Below, piece by piece: positions 12,331 to 26,300 of a stretch of DNA of 64,000 nt. Each line of letters starts with the position of its first letter. The stretch's first letter is position 1. The stretch is taken from assembly GCF_964355755.1 (NCBI RefSeq), contig NC_092673.1, positions 32,857,648 through 32,921,647 of the forward strand. The letters are read 5' to 3'. A model generated the notes under the pieces. That model was not told the DNA's origin, ran no database searches, and worked only from the letters and a program-made list of their open reading frames with translations. Source of the DNA: Antedon mediterranea (Eukaryota; Animalia; Echinodermata). Both the position numbers and the translations under genes were made by a program.

Positions 12331-14438
12331 TGGCTTTCACAATGGGTGCGCAATGTCATCGCTAACCTTAGATCCGCCCCGCCGGAATAATTTGATATTA
12401 ATAATAGAGACTCGGGCGTTTTTGTATGTTCTCTTTAATTCCATCTTCATTTCAAATATCAGGTAATTTGTTTACTTAGAAGTGTGCTAGTTATTCAGCA
12501 CTGTACAAAACCCACGAAAGCAAAATATGACCATAATTTCCGAGAACTGCTCTTCTTTCTAGGTTTTTCTGCAAAAATTCGCATAAAATGTCTTCGGTGT
12601 TAAGCTCAATGTGTTAAACTAGATTGAGCCATCAAGATCTAATTCATGTATTAAGTCTTCGAAGACAAGAACGTGACTAATGTATGTTGACAAATAAAGC
12701 TCACATAGAGCTCTGTATTTTACCCATTTTTCCGAGAACTGTTAACATCTTGTTTAAATGCTCGCATAAAACTGGATTAGATTTACCTCCAGATACAGCT
12801 CTCATCAAATTGTTTATTATATCATTTAACTGTCGACGTAGCTTTCTTTGGTCAAAACACGATGGATTGTGTTGGTTGATAATATGTACGTTGAACATGA
12901 AGAGCTGTAAAATTGTTAGGTGTCAACAAGATATAGTTGACCTCCCATGGTTTATTTTGGGGGTCCTTGGTCCCTCCCCGGTTCCACCGGCCCTGCTGTA
13001 TATGGATTTTATTTCTGTGAAAGCATCGTGCATATTATTCTATATTAAGTTATGAGACTACAGACATTATGTACTCATCATTTAATCGAGATTATTTCAT
13101 TTTTCTTCATTATCGTTCTCTTTATCACCATGCCAAGGTTTATCTGTAGTAACATGAATGGGTACCTTGCATATATTGGACATTCAAGAGTGAATTTCAG
13201 TGGATGAAATCGTGTGTGATTAATACGTTGTTTATATTTATCCTCGTCGTTGTTATCATCAGCATGTTTTCGCGGTTATCAATGTCTTTATCGTCATGTT
13301 AGCCTTCTATGTTTAATAAAATAGAGGAATGCATAAAGCAATTGATCGGTTATTCAATTCTCTTCGTTATTTAGTTCCGAAACATCAACAAAGGCAATAA
13401 AAAAGTTTGATTGAATCTACGAATTAATAAAATACACAATGTGATTTTAATTCTAAAAGCACAATTTATTTTTGCAAATCAAATGACCAAACAAATTTAG
13501 ATTATAAATATTAATATTCAAATAATGTAACGTATGCTTATCTTTCTCATTAAATAACAAACAATACAAGCAGAATCATTAAAAACATGAATCGACTAAA
13601 GTAAAAAGTAATTAAATTAACGATGTATTGTCCCCAAACAACATGAAAAATGAAGATTAATTCAATCAGTCTTTCAATACGATATTTTGTAGTTTTAATA
13701 AAGTTAATCACTTCCGTAGAAAAAAAACTTATAAAATGACAAAATAAATGGTTAAATTCAACAAAAAACCCCATTGGCTGCAGTTAATTTGACATTTTTT
13801 TGCTTAAAATTACATTTTTTCAGGTAAATACATTTTTTTTTCGGTCCAATTTTTGTGACATTAGAATGGCATTTTCAACAAACACTTTTAAAATTATTTT
13901 TTAGGGCGAATATACATAATTAAAGAAAACTTGATAATTAAACATATTATAAAAGTTAATTTAGAAGCGTAAATCACTGGCTCCTACATTGGGTAGGCTC
14001 AGTAAAAGCGTTATGGGGCAAACATCATTTTCAAGTGGTTCTGCAAGAAGGTAGATTGTATTAAATATTAACTGAAGTAACTAGTAAAATTAACAATATG
14101 AAAACAATACAATAAAAGAAAAATGTTCATACGGAAATGGTGCCATTAATAATAACACATGAGTATATTTTTTAGATTATAAAGAAAAAAAACAATAATG
14201 GTAAAATACGATTAGGCCTATGTATACCACGGCAACTTAACCGACTAAATATTAGAATTTATACAATATAATTGTATAACAATAATGCGAGTTAATATAT
14301 TCATATGCTAGTGGATATTTTTTTTTAGGCCTAGTGACACGGAAAAAAAATATTTTAGCATGAGTTTATACAGCTGGTCCAGTTCTCAATTTTTCAGGTC
14401 AAAGTAAAGTTTGCAATTTATCAATTGATCGTTTTTAT

Positions 14439-17400
14439 TTAAATGTTGTAGTATTTTTTCATTTCTTGTATTGCTTCTTCTTTACTAATATCATTCCATC
14501 CTTCTGGAATATCAGCCTTCTCACATTTGTAGTATTGAGCAAGTTTGGTATTGTATGTTGCCATGAACCACTTCCAGTACTTCTCTGACTCACCATCCAG
14601 TGGTTCAATTATCCAAGATGCGTAGTAGTCATTAACGTTTCTATAATCTCTGTAATTGACCCATTCGTTGTTCGTATGTTGATTTCTAAATCTATGTTTA
14701 GCTTTTACTGAATTTATGCATAATTCTGTCATGAGATTTTTAGACTCAATCCAACTATATCCGCCAACTCCTTGTGGTCTGTGACATTCTGTACGATGAT
14801 GATCGTCACCACCAACATGCTCGCATAATGCTTTACAAAATGAACACACCTTCTGGCATTTTAGTAAATCTTCTGTAACGAATTGACAGCAGAATGGTAC
14901 TATTTTACTGATAATAGTTTGATCATAATCTTTAATTACTGTGTCTTCGATGCCTTTTAGTTCAGCTAACAAGTAACGAATAAGCTCGTCGAAATCGAGA
15001 TCTCTGTCCTCATCAAAAAACCTAATGTCTGCTTTGACACAAAACATGTTGCCAATTTCTTTGAGGAAGGTTGGCCACCATGATTTCATCGTGATAGTAC
15101 TTCCACTTCCTCTTAAGCGATTAATAGCTTGCTTCAATCCTGTTATTATTTCACGAACTTTATGATCGTATATTTCTTTTAGCCGAGAACAACCGTTTTT
15201 TAAATTTTTTTTGGAACAGATTATCTTTATTTGTTCGGAGGTGAACGTTTTGATACATTGTATTGGATCAGACAAATATTTCGTAAAAGAAATAAAATTG
15301 CCTTTCTCTGCCATCTCAACAAGCATCCATGCATGGAGGGACATCTTACTAGAAAATCCTTTACCCGAAGAGTGTTCTAGATATTCCATTACTCCAAGCT
15401 TATATTTCTCTGGAAGATATATTTGAATAGCACGTGTAAGTTCTTGGGAAATGGCCGTCGAAACTTTAACAACTAATTGGCGATCTTTACATTCTGTTTT
15501 AAACATTTGCCACAATCGTTCTTTTTCAGACTCCATGTATCGCTTTGGGTCATTTTCGAGTTTATGTTTCTCTTGTATTTGTTCCATACATATGGCTAGT
15601 CAAATCTTTGCTTCTACGCTGATTTCAACCAATCCATTTATTTTCATTTCTTTAAGTTCACTTGACAGTTCACCAAAAAGATGAAATCCTATGTGACTAG
15701 TGTATTTTATTGCTTCCCGTTCATGGTCTGAGATTTTTATTTGAAGTTTTTCAAGGATTTTATTTTTAGATGCATTGGCCTGATTCACCAAGTCTTGCTT
15801 GTTTCCGAAACCGAGCCATGATGTGAAATTCTTTATAACTCCCAAGTTCAAATCTTTTTCAAGTACTTCACTTTGGTGTTGATCATCAACAGACTGCAAT
15901 GCACTATTAACTTCCGATTTATGGGTGCGCCCGAATTCCTCAGTAGCAATACTTTGAAAAGACATTTGAATGTTGACGTAATTCTCTCCAGGTTGTATGT
16001 TAGAAACCCATTCATCCCATTTTTGTTTAAACTCCGTTTGAAGTTGGTCATCAGTTACCAGTGATTGTGAATGTCGACACTGCTCGGCAAGTTGTTCAGC
16101 TTTTCGATAGATGTCTCTTTCTTGCATTTTGATATTGGCATCAATGTCACGTCGTCCAACTGTTTTCCTTTTGATAGATGTATATTCACCAATTAAACTT
16201 TCCTTTTTCACTTCCTCACAAACATCTTCGATGCGTTGATTCGTTTTAAATTCCCATTGCTGGCATTCGTTTTTATTTGTTTCAAAATATTTCTTCATGT
16301 TTGATTTAAGATCCTCGATGTCTTTCTGTAATTTATCTAAGTATTCAGTAAAGATTTTGTCTCCATATTCTCTTATCTCTTCAGCCTTTAGTTTCGTACA
16401 TCTAATATGAAGTTCTTGGCTGTGTCTCAGTGCTTCTACTCTAAATTTACGGGTTTGCTGCACATATTCTTTATTCAAAGATGTATAGGCTATAATCTCA
16501 AGAGAAATTTTGAAACTGAATACAAAATCCTGACACAATATTGCTTGCCATAGATTGGTAAGCAACTTCGTGAAATCCCCGATATAGTTAGCATTAGTAT
16601 GCTTTATAAATGTCAAGACTTCTTTCTTTACTTTAAGAATGCATTCGCTGTAACCGGGATTGGGGGGGGGGGGCGCCATCGGTGGATCTCCTTGCCAGAG
16701 GCTGGAAATGTACATGATATGTTTGTTTTCTTGGAAATTGATGACATCAGAAAAAGCTTTATAGTCGCCACTGCAATTTTCTTCTTTCGCTGCAATTTTT
16801 GTGATTTCATCCAAAATTTCTCGCATCTTTCTTTTTTGTGACGTATTTAAATCAGGCGCTGTGACATCGGGGACGTTTTGGTGTACAAATAAGCAGCTTG
16901 GTTTGATTTTAACATTTTTCATTTTCATAAAAGCATGAACAGCGATTTGAAGAGTGTCTTGTATGTCTGCTGGGTTTTCTCCCTTGATATTTATTATGGT
17001 AAGATTACCCAAACCAATCACAAGCGTTGCTAGTTCATTATCACGATAGTTGGCCTGTTGGATACTGGCAAATTCAGGAGACCGCAAACCCTCAGTGTCA
17101 ACAACCAGGATGTAGTCACATTGTGTTTTTTTTTCTTAATTTTGTATCTAATGATACGAGCTGGGCGAATATACCTTTAGTACATCTGCCGGCACTAACG
17201 GCAAATTGTAAACCAAACATGACATTTAACATTGTTGACTTTCCGCTGCTTTGAATGCCTAAAACAGATAACACAAACATTCTCTTATTGCCAATTTGTT
17301 CCTTAAGGGAATTGAACACAGCTGCAATAATCCAAGTGAGGGGAACGTGGGTTGCATCACCATCCATTAGCTCAATGGGATATCCCTCTAGTAGCATTTC

Positions 17401-19079
17401 AGCAGTAACTTTAGCTAACTTTTTCTTCGGTTTTTTTTCAAGATCTGATAACATTTCGTAATTTTGCCCAATTTCTCTATTGAAATGTTCTAAACCTAGG
17501 AAGTTCTGCAAAATGTGTTGTTCAAGTTTATTAAGTTTAGTTGTCATTAGTTCGGATGATGCTTCACCTTTTCTTTTGTCACATAACTCATTCCATTGTT
17601 TGATGTACTCTGCACGTATTGGCTGAAGTGTCTTGATACTATGTAGATCGGTCATCATCTTACAAAGGCCCAAAAGTATTTTCTTTTTAAAGCTGAGTGG
17701 CTGAGTGAGGCTGTAAACATATTGTATGTGGAACACTCAAGTCTTTGTTGGTCTTTGGCTAACTGTTGATGACGTAGGTATTTTACCTTATTCCGTAGTC
17801 TAATAACATATTTTTCAAGATTCTCTTGTCTTATGTTTCGTAGCTGATGCTGTTCTTTTTTTGTCTCACCAATTTGTACTGTTACCATCTGTAAAGGAAG
17901 TTCTTTTTGTTTCCCTTCGTTAGTAATACAATCGAGCATTTGTTTAGCACTTTGTTTTGCTTCTAAACAGTCGAGTCCGGATTCATCAACGTGGTAATCC
18001 AAACGCTGTGCTACTTCAATGCACTCCTCAATACTTCTATGCTGGTTACTTCTTTCAGAAATAGATCCAAGCAATTTCCTAATTTCCCCGCTTATTTTCA
18101 CCTCGTTCTTGTCTTGTGACCTCATGTATTGTACTTTTTTATCGGCTTCTCCTTTCTTCTTAATTTTTTTTAATGTTTTAGTAACTTTGGATCCGTCTAA
18201 GATAATAATTACTTTACCTTCTTGTGAGTGTAATGATTCAAGTAGTGCGGCACCTTGTTTGTTAAAGTCAGCACAAGAAACAAACGCAATAGTCACCAGT
18301 GATATCTTGGATAGAAACGACGTCTGGCTTTTGAACTTGGATGCATTTCTTCGCAAATTTATGAACGTTACTGCATCTGAAAAAGCATTTCTACTTTTCT
18401 GTGATGGAAGGTACCACGCTATTTCTAGTAAACCATTTGACAATTGCCGTTTTACATTACCACATTTGCACCCAGAATTAATGAAAATGTCATGGTTCTT
18501 ATTAATAATACAGTTGACAATTTTAGATTTGGATATTTTAGGTCTTCCGATTCGCAAAGCAGACACAATCGGTAAACGTTCTACCACCATTGATTTTTGA
18601 CAAGATGAACCTGAACTCATTTTCCATTTCTTTGTGATGGTTCTCATTCCCCACACAATTAATTCCCATTCTTTGTTAGGTACATCCGTCACTGGCATTA
18701 GTAATGGAATAGCTATCTGGCATAGGGACAATTTCTCAATCAAAATTTGTCTGAAGAAATTGTCACAACACAAAAAAATAGCAACTAGTGCGTCTAGCGG
18801 ACTTACTTGGGTTTTTACATTACAGGATTTCAATTTTCCTTGTGGAGCAGTATTTTCAGGAAACAAATAACTTTCTTCAAAATCGAAAGATCTTCCTTCG
18901 TAGTTACATATTATAACATTTTGCAACATATACCATGGTATTTTTCGTGGGTCACCATTGAGATCATCTGATGAAATGGTGTTTTCGGAAACTTTAAACA
19001 CTTCTTCACGAGTTAGTTTTCTTGGATAATATTCTTCTAGCCCCAGATCTTTAATCAACGTTTTGATTTTGCCTTCCAT
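14439..19079 (-). pseudogene. GVIN1: Interferon-induced very large GTPase 1-like (GVIN1/VLIG), disrupted copy A
   Basis: Four consecutive ORFs are collinear with the intact paralogue. Motifs: G1 GIQSSGKS, RCT, DTEG, HQN and C-terminal CSFCKALC...CHRPQG. Lesions: -1 frameshift at ~17672, +1 frameshift at ~17130, in-frame TGA at 15600-15602. Confidence 0.92.
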
Positions 19080-19092
19080 CTTGTCGAAATAA

Positions 19093-19106
19093 CTGTTAAG
19101 TAAAAC
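19093..19106 (-). promoter_or_regulatory. Splice acceptor of the GVIN copy A coding exon
   Basis: Minus strand ttgttttacttaacAG lies 13 nt before the ATG; the same motif is conserved in copy B. Confidence 0.65.
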
Positions 19107-19160
19107 AAGCTAGTGAAGAATAAAAGTAGTACGATCTTTTTAAAATAATGTTATACATAG

Positions 19161-20055
19161 GGCGCTAGTTCCGTTTCGCACCTGTTTTTATTTCGACTTC
19201 CTTTTGACTCCAAATTGTTAAGCAACTTATTGTGAATACCACACCTTAAAATTGGGCCTCATAAGTACTTTTATTAAGAATAATCACATAAAAAGTAACA
19301 AATAAATCCTTAAATTGATGATTTTACAGACATGTTTCTCGCATACCGTTTGCGAATTTAGCATACTCGAAGTTCAATATTTTCGTTTCTATGTAGAGCC
19401 AAAAGAGCAACAACAATAGATGGTTAAAGACTCAGTGGAATGCGTCTTCTTTTAATGCATTTATTATTGAAATACACGTTTAATTTTAATATATTTTGTC
19501 AATAAAAATGCTGTAACATTTTACTGCTAATAATTTGCCGTTTTCAAATAGCAACCAACCCTAGGCCTACGCCTAAGAGTAAGACTAAGAGGAATATTAT
19601 TAATTATTATTTAGATCAGGTATACCCCTACACTACAGTACATGTAATATGATGATGAATTTGTCGATTTTCATTTCTAAAAGTTCCTGCAAAAACCATG
19701 TACAGTATCAACAGTAATATTTTTGTTGCATTGACATTGACAAAATATGATAAAATTGAACGTAATTTTCATCAATAAATGCATTAAATATACGTAATTT
19801 ACTGAGTATTTAGCCCTCTATTATGATTGCTCTTTTGGCGCTCCATAGAAACAACAACATTGAACATGGAGTATGCGAAATTCACGAACCGATGTGCGAG
19901 AAACACGTCTGTAAATTCATCAATTTAAATGATTTATTTTTTACTTTTTGTGTGATCTCCTTCGTAATAGTATTTTTGAGGCCTAATTCTAAGGTGTGGT
20001 ACTCACGATAATTTTGAGTCGAAATAAACGACAGGTGCGAAACGGAACTAGCGCC
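19161..20055. mobile_element. Non-autonomous foldback DNA transposon (Merlin-like MITE)
   Basis: Termini GGCGCTAGTTCCGTTTCGCACCTG / CAGGTGCGAAACGGAACTAGCGCC, ~350-bp imperfect TIRs and an exact 8-bp TSD ATACATAG (19153-19160 and 20056-20063). GG..CC ends with an 8-bp TSD fit Merlin; MuDR is not excluded. Confidence 0.85.
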
Positions 20056-20114
20056 ATACATAGCTTACTACACAGTACACAGTTACTGTGTGTATATGTA
20101 GTACACTATTATAC

Positions 20115-20383
20115 TCATCATCATCATCATCATAATAATATTTATTTCTTATCATTTCAAAGTAAACAAAATAACAATTTAAATATAAATAATTAAGAGG
20201 CAACACCCAGAAAGTAATAACATTTGGAGGTTTTCCTCCAAAAAAACTTGTGACGGGTAGCCAGTTAAGAAATTGTAATCATATTGGAGTTTAAACAAAC
20301 AGAAACAAAACAAGACAAACAAACATGTAAAGCAAGACAACGACAAATTAATAATAATAAAATACTATGGAAGCACAGAAAAC
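20115..20383 (-). mobile_element. CR1-type LINE 3' UTR and (ATG)n tail, continuing 27647-28025
   Basis: T-rich UTR, AATAAA and tgatgatgatga tail on the minus strand. It joins the 27647 segment across the GAAAAC duplication. Confidence 0.7.
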
Positions 20384-23300
20384 TATGGCAAGCCTCAGCT
20401 GTCTGAAGTATTCAAAATATTATATTATTATATCATTTTCTATTATATTATATATTGTATTGTAATGAATTATACGTTTTGCATTATATTACTTGGTTTT
20501 AGCATTATATTATATCTATTTCTAATATATTATGTGAAAAATGTAACAAATTATTGACTTTTTGTATTATATTATTTGGTTTTAGCATTATATTATGAAC
20601 ATTTAATATTATATTAGTAATAAAATACATTATATTATAATATAATTGTATTATATTAAACGCATTTACTTTACTTTATAACATACAACATTATTATATT
20701 ATACGGATTCGTTAGTTATATTATTATTTTGTATGATGTTTATTATACGTCACGGCTTATTTCAGTTCTTCTAACTCTTTCTCTCCCTCCCCCTGTTCAC
20801 TAGCAATCAGCGGCCGGCAGAATCTGAATTGTGTGACTGTTGAAGAATAACTACGTACTAGGCCTAGCCTAGGCCTACTAGGGGATCTAGACAAGTGACC
20901 AAGGATCACCGGACAGCTACAACTAATACTACAATACAATAATACTACTACAATAACTACTACTGCTACTACCTAGGCCTAGCTAGTGAGTAGTAGGTAG
21001 CTACTACTAGGCTCTAGGGCGTATGTATGATGTTAACTACTAGGTAGGGCCTAGGCTAGGCCTAGAGGCCTACTAGTACTAGACTAGGCCTAGACTTAAG
21101 TTGTAGTAGGCTAGGGCCGGGCCTGCTGCCTTAGTTAGGCTAGGCTACTACTACTACTACTACTACTAGGCAGCCCATGATGGGTACGAGTAAGCCAAAA
21201 TTTTGGATATAAAAATGTAAACCAAAATTTGGGTACGAGCGTGTTGGCATGGCATGGGTACGGGTTGACCTGTATCCTTCTAATCTAGCTAATCGTACTA
21301 TGCCTAGGCCTCAAGTAAGTCTACGCTACCCAGTCCGGCTACAATATGGTCTATTTTGTTTTATAGCTTTATTGATAGCTGGGTTCAAATCTGTGTTGGG
21401 ACGGCTTTTTCTCATTCTAAAACAGATTTCCTTATAATAAAATAATATATGAATTTATTTGTAATATTGTAATGTATACATAATATAAGTAATTGCCATT
21501 GCCTTTATTACTATTAATTATGTATTATACGGTTACCCCTTAATTATACTATAGTATAATTTCCTTGTTATATTTTACAATATTTTCTTCCTAATTCTAC
21601 AATTTTGTCTTTCACAGCACAAATTTATCATACTGAATCATCACACACCAAGTCTCATAAATCTCTACTGTATTTGTCCAAGCTACTCCAGCTACATGGT
21701 ATTGCCCTGAGGCTAAACTACACGGTATACTGGCACTACCATCATTCCTGGCTCGTCAACCTGTACCACATAAGCACAGTTTCAGTTTCAGTTTATTTAC
21801 CATTTCAATTTCTGAACATAAGAGATGAACAACTTATATGGATGGATAACCGTAAGAGCGAAGCTCGTTTACCGGTCACCTGTTAGTGCAGTGACATTAC
21901 AGAAAACATAAAGACAGGACAAAGGTGCAATACTTAACAAGACATGTGAACACTTGTGTTTGCAACCCCTTGGATAAAATAATATATTTATATAAAGGAG
22001 AAAGTTAGATATTATAATATTTCTTTTTGATCATACAATGATATTTTTTAAATTACTTCTTAAGAAGTCATACTACTGATTCAAAATAGTGACTTACACC
22101 CTGTGGTCAAGGCTTTATTTGCTCTTATGCTTATTTCCTCCAACATACAGAGTACATAGGACTTTTTTTATTCATAACTGTTGAATTGTTTCCCAATACA
22201 TAGTACCTATTGGTATTATATCTAAAAATACAAAGGCGACTAACACAGATAGTTCCATATATACAGTACTCTTTTATAGATAGATGTATCTCTCCAAACT
22301 ACTCCCAACTACCTAATCTAATAATAGTACTATTAGCATACTACTATACACTTTGTAGACAAGAAATAAGTTGTATACACCTACAGGATTTATGGTAGTA
22401 CAGTCGATCGCACTCTCACTGGCCCGGTCAACATAATCTATACCTAGATTAATATTACAGTAATTAAAGTACATTATTACAGAGTTTTGTTTTTTTTGCA
22501 GAAATCAAAGTTATGTGTATAGAAAGCAGTACTCGTATTAAAAACTAAGCAGGTTGCAGGTCTTGAATGCAAACTGGCAGGATATTTTGAATATTTTTTG
22601 TTGTTAAAATGATGGAATCCTAACTTCAATTTCCACGAACTGGAGACGAAGACATATTATGACCCTTTTATTTAAATTTATTTGAATAGACCTCCATGTA
22701 AAGTCATTAAAGGCTACATGATTGTTTTATATTTTAATATGTGATAGTAGGAAATCATTGTGTATAATGAGGACTATGAATCTGATATTTACTTGCATTC
22801 TTATCTTTTTAAAATATTATTTATAATGCCGGTAATGAGTTTAAAATTTAATTATATTGACTATTTTTGATAATCATCATGTCCTTATAAATTCATTTAT
22901 ACTTTTTATGTGTAATATAGTTCATATATTATGTATTAAATAAATTGGTAAGGCCCTATACTGTTATTATTTAAGGAAAGTTTATATACACTATTATTTT
23001 ATGCCTACCAATATTAGTATTGTTTATGTAAATATTTTGTCTAATTGCCTTGATTTTTGTATAGGCCAATGGCATCAATGTTTTTCTCAAAGCAAATTAG
23101 CCTAATAATGCCACATTTAGACACATGATTCATTGATTTCTGATATTCTGTACTTGTGTGTATGCATTACTAAAATAGTAGTTAATATATTTCATTTATA
23201 ATGTATGTATAAACATATATTCATATTTTTTTTAACATTTTTAAATTTAAAAATTATTACAATACCTATCTACCTTTCTGATATTGTTACTATTATATAA

Positions 23301-26300
23301 TATTCTTTGAGGCAGCAATAAAAAAAAAAATTAGAACAATTAATTTGACTTATACTGTACTATGTTAGTTCAGGAGATGAAGTGTGTGTGGGCAGAAACT
23401 AGTGTGTTGGAGGTTGGTGGTGTGAGGTGTATAGTAGTCACTTTAAGACCTAAATTAGATGTTTTCTGAAGAAAAGAAGTAAGCGCATACGCTTTCAAAC
23501 AACTCCAAGAAGATTCACACAAAAATAATTACTTTCCAATAAAGTAGTATAACAGTCTATATTACAGTACATTGAATAAACTCGAGCGGAATAATAACGC
23601 ACATAAAAAAACATTCATTTTCTTTTCGAAAAGTGCCCTCTCTAGTTTTCTATTAATTTATTAATAATTATTATTAATTAATGAGTAATATGAACATACA
23701 TATTAACATTTAATGCTGGAAACTGTATCTACTCCTAACAAAGTTTCATATCTCCAAATTTCATTAACGTATTCAAAGCACTTCAATAAATTACATTTAA
23801 CATTACAAATTCAGGTTTTGGATATAATTTTGCTTAAAAACATATACAAAAAACATCGATAAAAAATACTTTTCGTATTCAAAAACATTTGATACTTGGT
23901 ATAAATGTTCAATATAGGTTGCTCCATCCATATTGCAAACAAAAAATAACTATCAAGCCATATCACTGATTTTTTAAATTTACGTTTTTACAAAATGTAC
24001 ACTTATGAAAGACCATACAATTCCAACTCATTTTTTACAAGCTAATAACTATTTTGAAAAAACGACCAACAAAAAACGTTCTTGAATGCAATTTTTTTCT
24101 GTGAATAGAGCAACCTATAGTGAACATTTGTACCAAGTATCAAATGTTTTTGAATACGAAAAGTATTTTTTATCGATGTTTTTTGTATATGTTTTTAAGC
24201 AAAATTCTATCCAAAACCCGAATTTTTATGTTAAATGTGATATTTAATATTGAAGTGCTTTGAATACGTTGATGAAATTTGGAGATATGAAACTTTGTTA
24301 GGAGTAGAACCAGCTTCCAGCATTGAATTTTAAAAATATGTTCATATTACTCATTAATTAATAATAATTATTAATAAATTAATAGAAAACTAGAGAGGGC
24401 ACTTTTCGAAAAGAAAATGAATGTTTTTTTATGTGCGTTATTATTCCGCTCGAGTTTATTCAATGTACTGTAATATACACTGTTATACTACTTTATTGGA
24501 AAGTAATTATTTTTGTGTGAATCTTCTTGGAGTTGTTTGAAAGCGTATGCGCTTACTTCTTTTCTTCAGAAAACATCTAATTTAGGTCTTAAAGTGACAA
24601 CTATACACCTCACACCACCAACCTCCAACACACTAGTTTCTGCCCACACACACTTCATCTCCTGAACTAACATAGTACAGTATAAGTCAAATTAATTGTT
24701 CTAATTTTTTTTTTTATTGCTGCCTCAAAGAATATTATATAATAGTAACAATATCAGAAAGGTAGATAGGTATTGTAATAATTTTTAAATTTAAAAATGT
24801 TAAAAAAAATATGAATATATGTTTATACATACATTATAAATGAAATATATTAACTACTATTTTAGTAATGCATACACACAAGTACAGAATATCAGAAATC
24901 AATGAATCATGTGTCTAAATGTGGCATTATTAGGCTAATTTGCTTTGAGAAAAACATTGATGCCATTGGCCTATACAAAAATCAAGGCAATTAGACAAAA
25001 TATTTACATAAACAATTAATACTAATACTGGTAGGCATAAAATAATAGTGTATATAAACTTTCCTTAAATAATAACAGTATAGGGCCTTACCAATATATT
25101 TAATACATAATATATGAACTATATTACACATAAAAAGTATAAATGAATTTATAAGGACATGATGATTATCAAAAATAGTCAATATCATTAAATTTTTAAC
25201 TCATTACCGGCATTATAAATAATATTTTAAAAAGATAAGAATGCAAGTAAATATCAGATTCATAGTCCTCATTATACACAATGATTTCCTACTATCACAT
25301 ATTAAAATATAAAACAATCATGTAGCCTTTAATGACTTTACATGGAGGTCTATTCAAATAAATTTAAATAAAAGGGTCATAATATGTCTTCGTCTCCAGT
25401 TCGTGGAAATTGAAGTTAGGATTCTGGACATCATTTCAACAACAAAAAATATTCAAAATATCCTGCCAGTTCGCATTCAAGACCTGCAACCTGCTTAGTT
25501 TTTAATACGAGTACTGCTTTCTATACACATAACTTTGATTTCTGCAAAAAAAACAAAACTCTGTAATAATGTACTTTAATTACTGTAATAATCTAGGTAT
25601 AGATTATGTTGACCGGGCCAGTGAGAGTGCGATCGACTGTACTACCATAAGTCCTGTAGGTGTATACAACTTATTTCTTGTCTACAAAGTGTATAGTAGT
25701 ATGCTAATAGTACTATTATTAGATTAGGTAGTTGGGAGTAGTTTGGAGAGATACATCTATCTATAAAAGAGTACTGTATATATGGAACTATCTGTGTTAG
25801 CCGCCTTTGTATTTTTAGATATAATACCAATAGGTACTATGTATTGGGAAACAATTCAACAGTTATGAATAAAAAAAGTCCTATGTACTCTGTATGTTGG
25901 AGGAAATAAGCATAAGAGCAAATAACGCCTTGACCACAGGGTGTAAGTCACTATTTTGAATCAGTAGTATGACTTCTTAAGAAGTAATTTAAAAATTATC
26001 ATTGTATGATCAAAAAGAAATATTATAATATCTAACTTTCTCCTTTATATAAATATATTATTTTATCCAAGGGGTTGCAAACACAAGTGTTCACATGTCT
26101 TGTTAAGTATTGCACCTTTGTCCTGTCTTTATGTTTTCTGTAATGTCACTGCACTAACGGGTGACCGGTAAACGAGCTTCGCTTTTACGGTTATCCATCC
26201 ATAAGTTGTTCATCTCTTATGTTCAGAAATTGAAATGGTAAATAAACTGAAACTGAAACTGTGCTTATGTGGTACAGGTTGACGAGCCAGGAATGATGGT

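Noticed and set aside
15211-18870. Plus-strand ORFs overlapping the GVIN genes (also 35787-38547)
   Set aside because: Antisense shadows of the real coding strand.
20850-21175. taggcctag/ctacta palindromic repeats resembling a CRISPR-like array
   Set aside because: Low-complexity sequence with no constant repeat and unique spacer period; also found at ~43860-44130; eukaryotic context.
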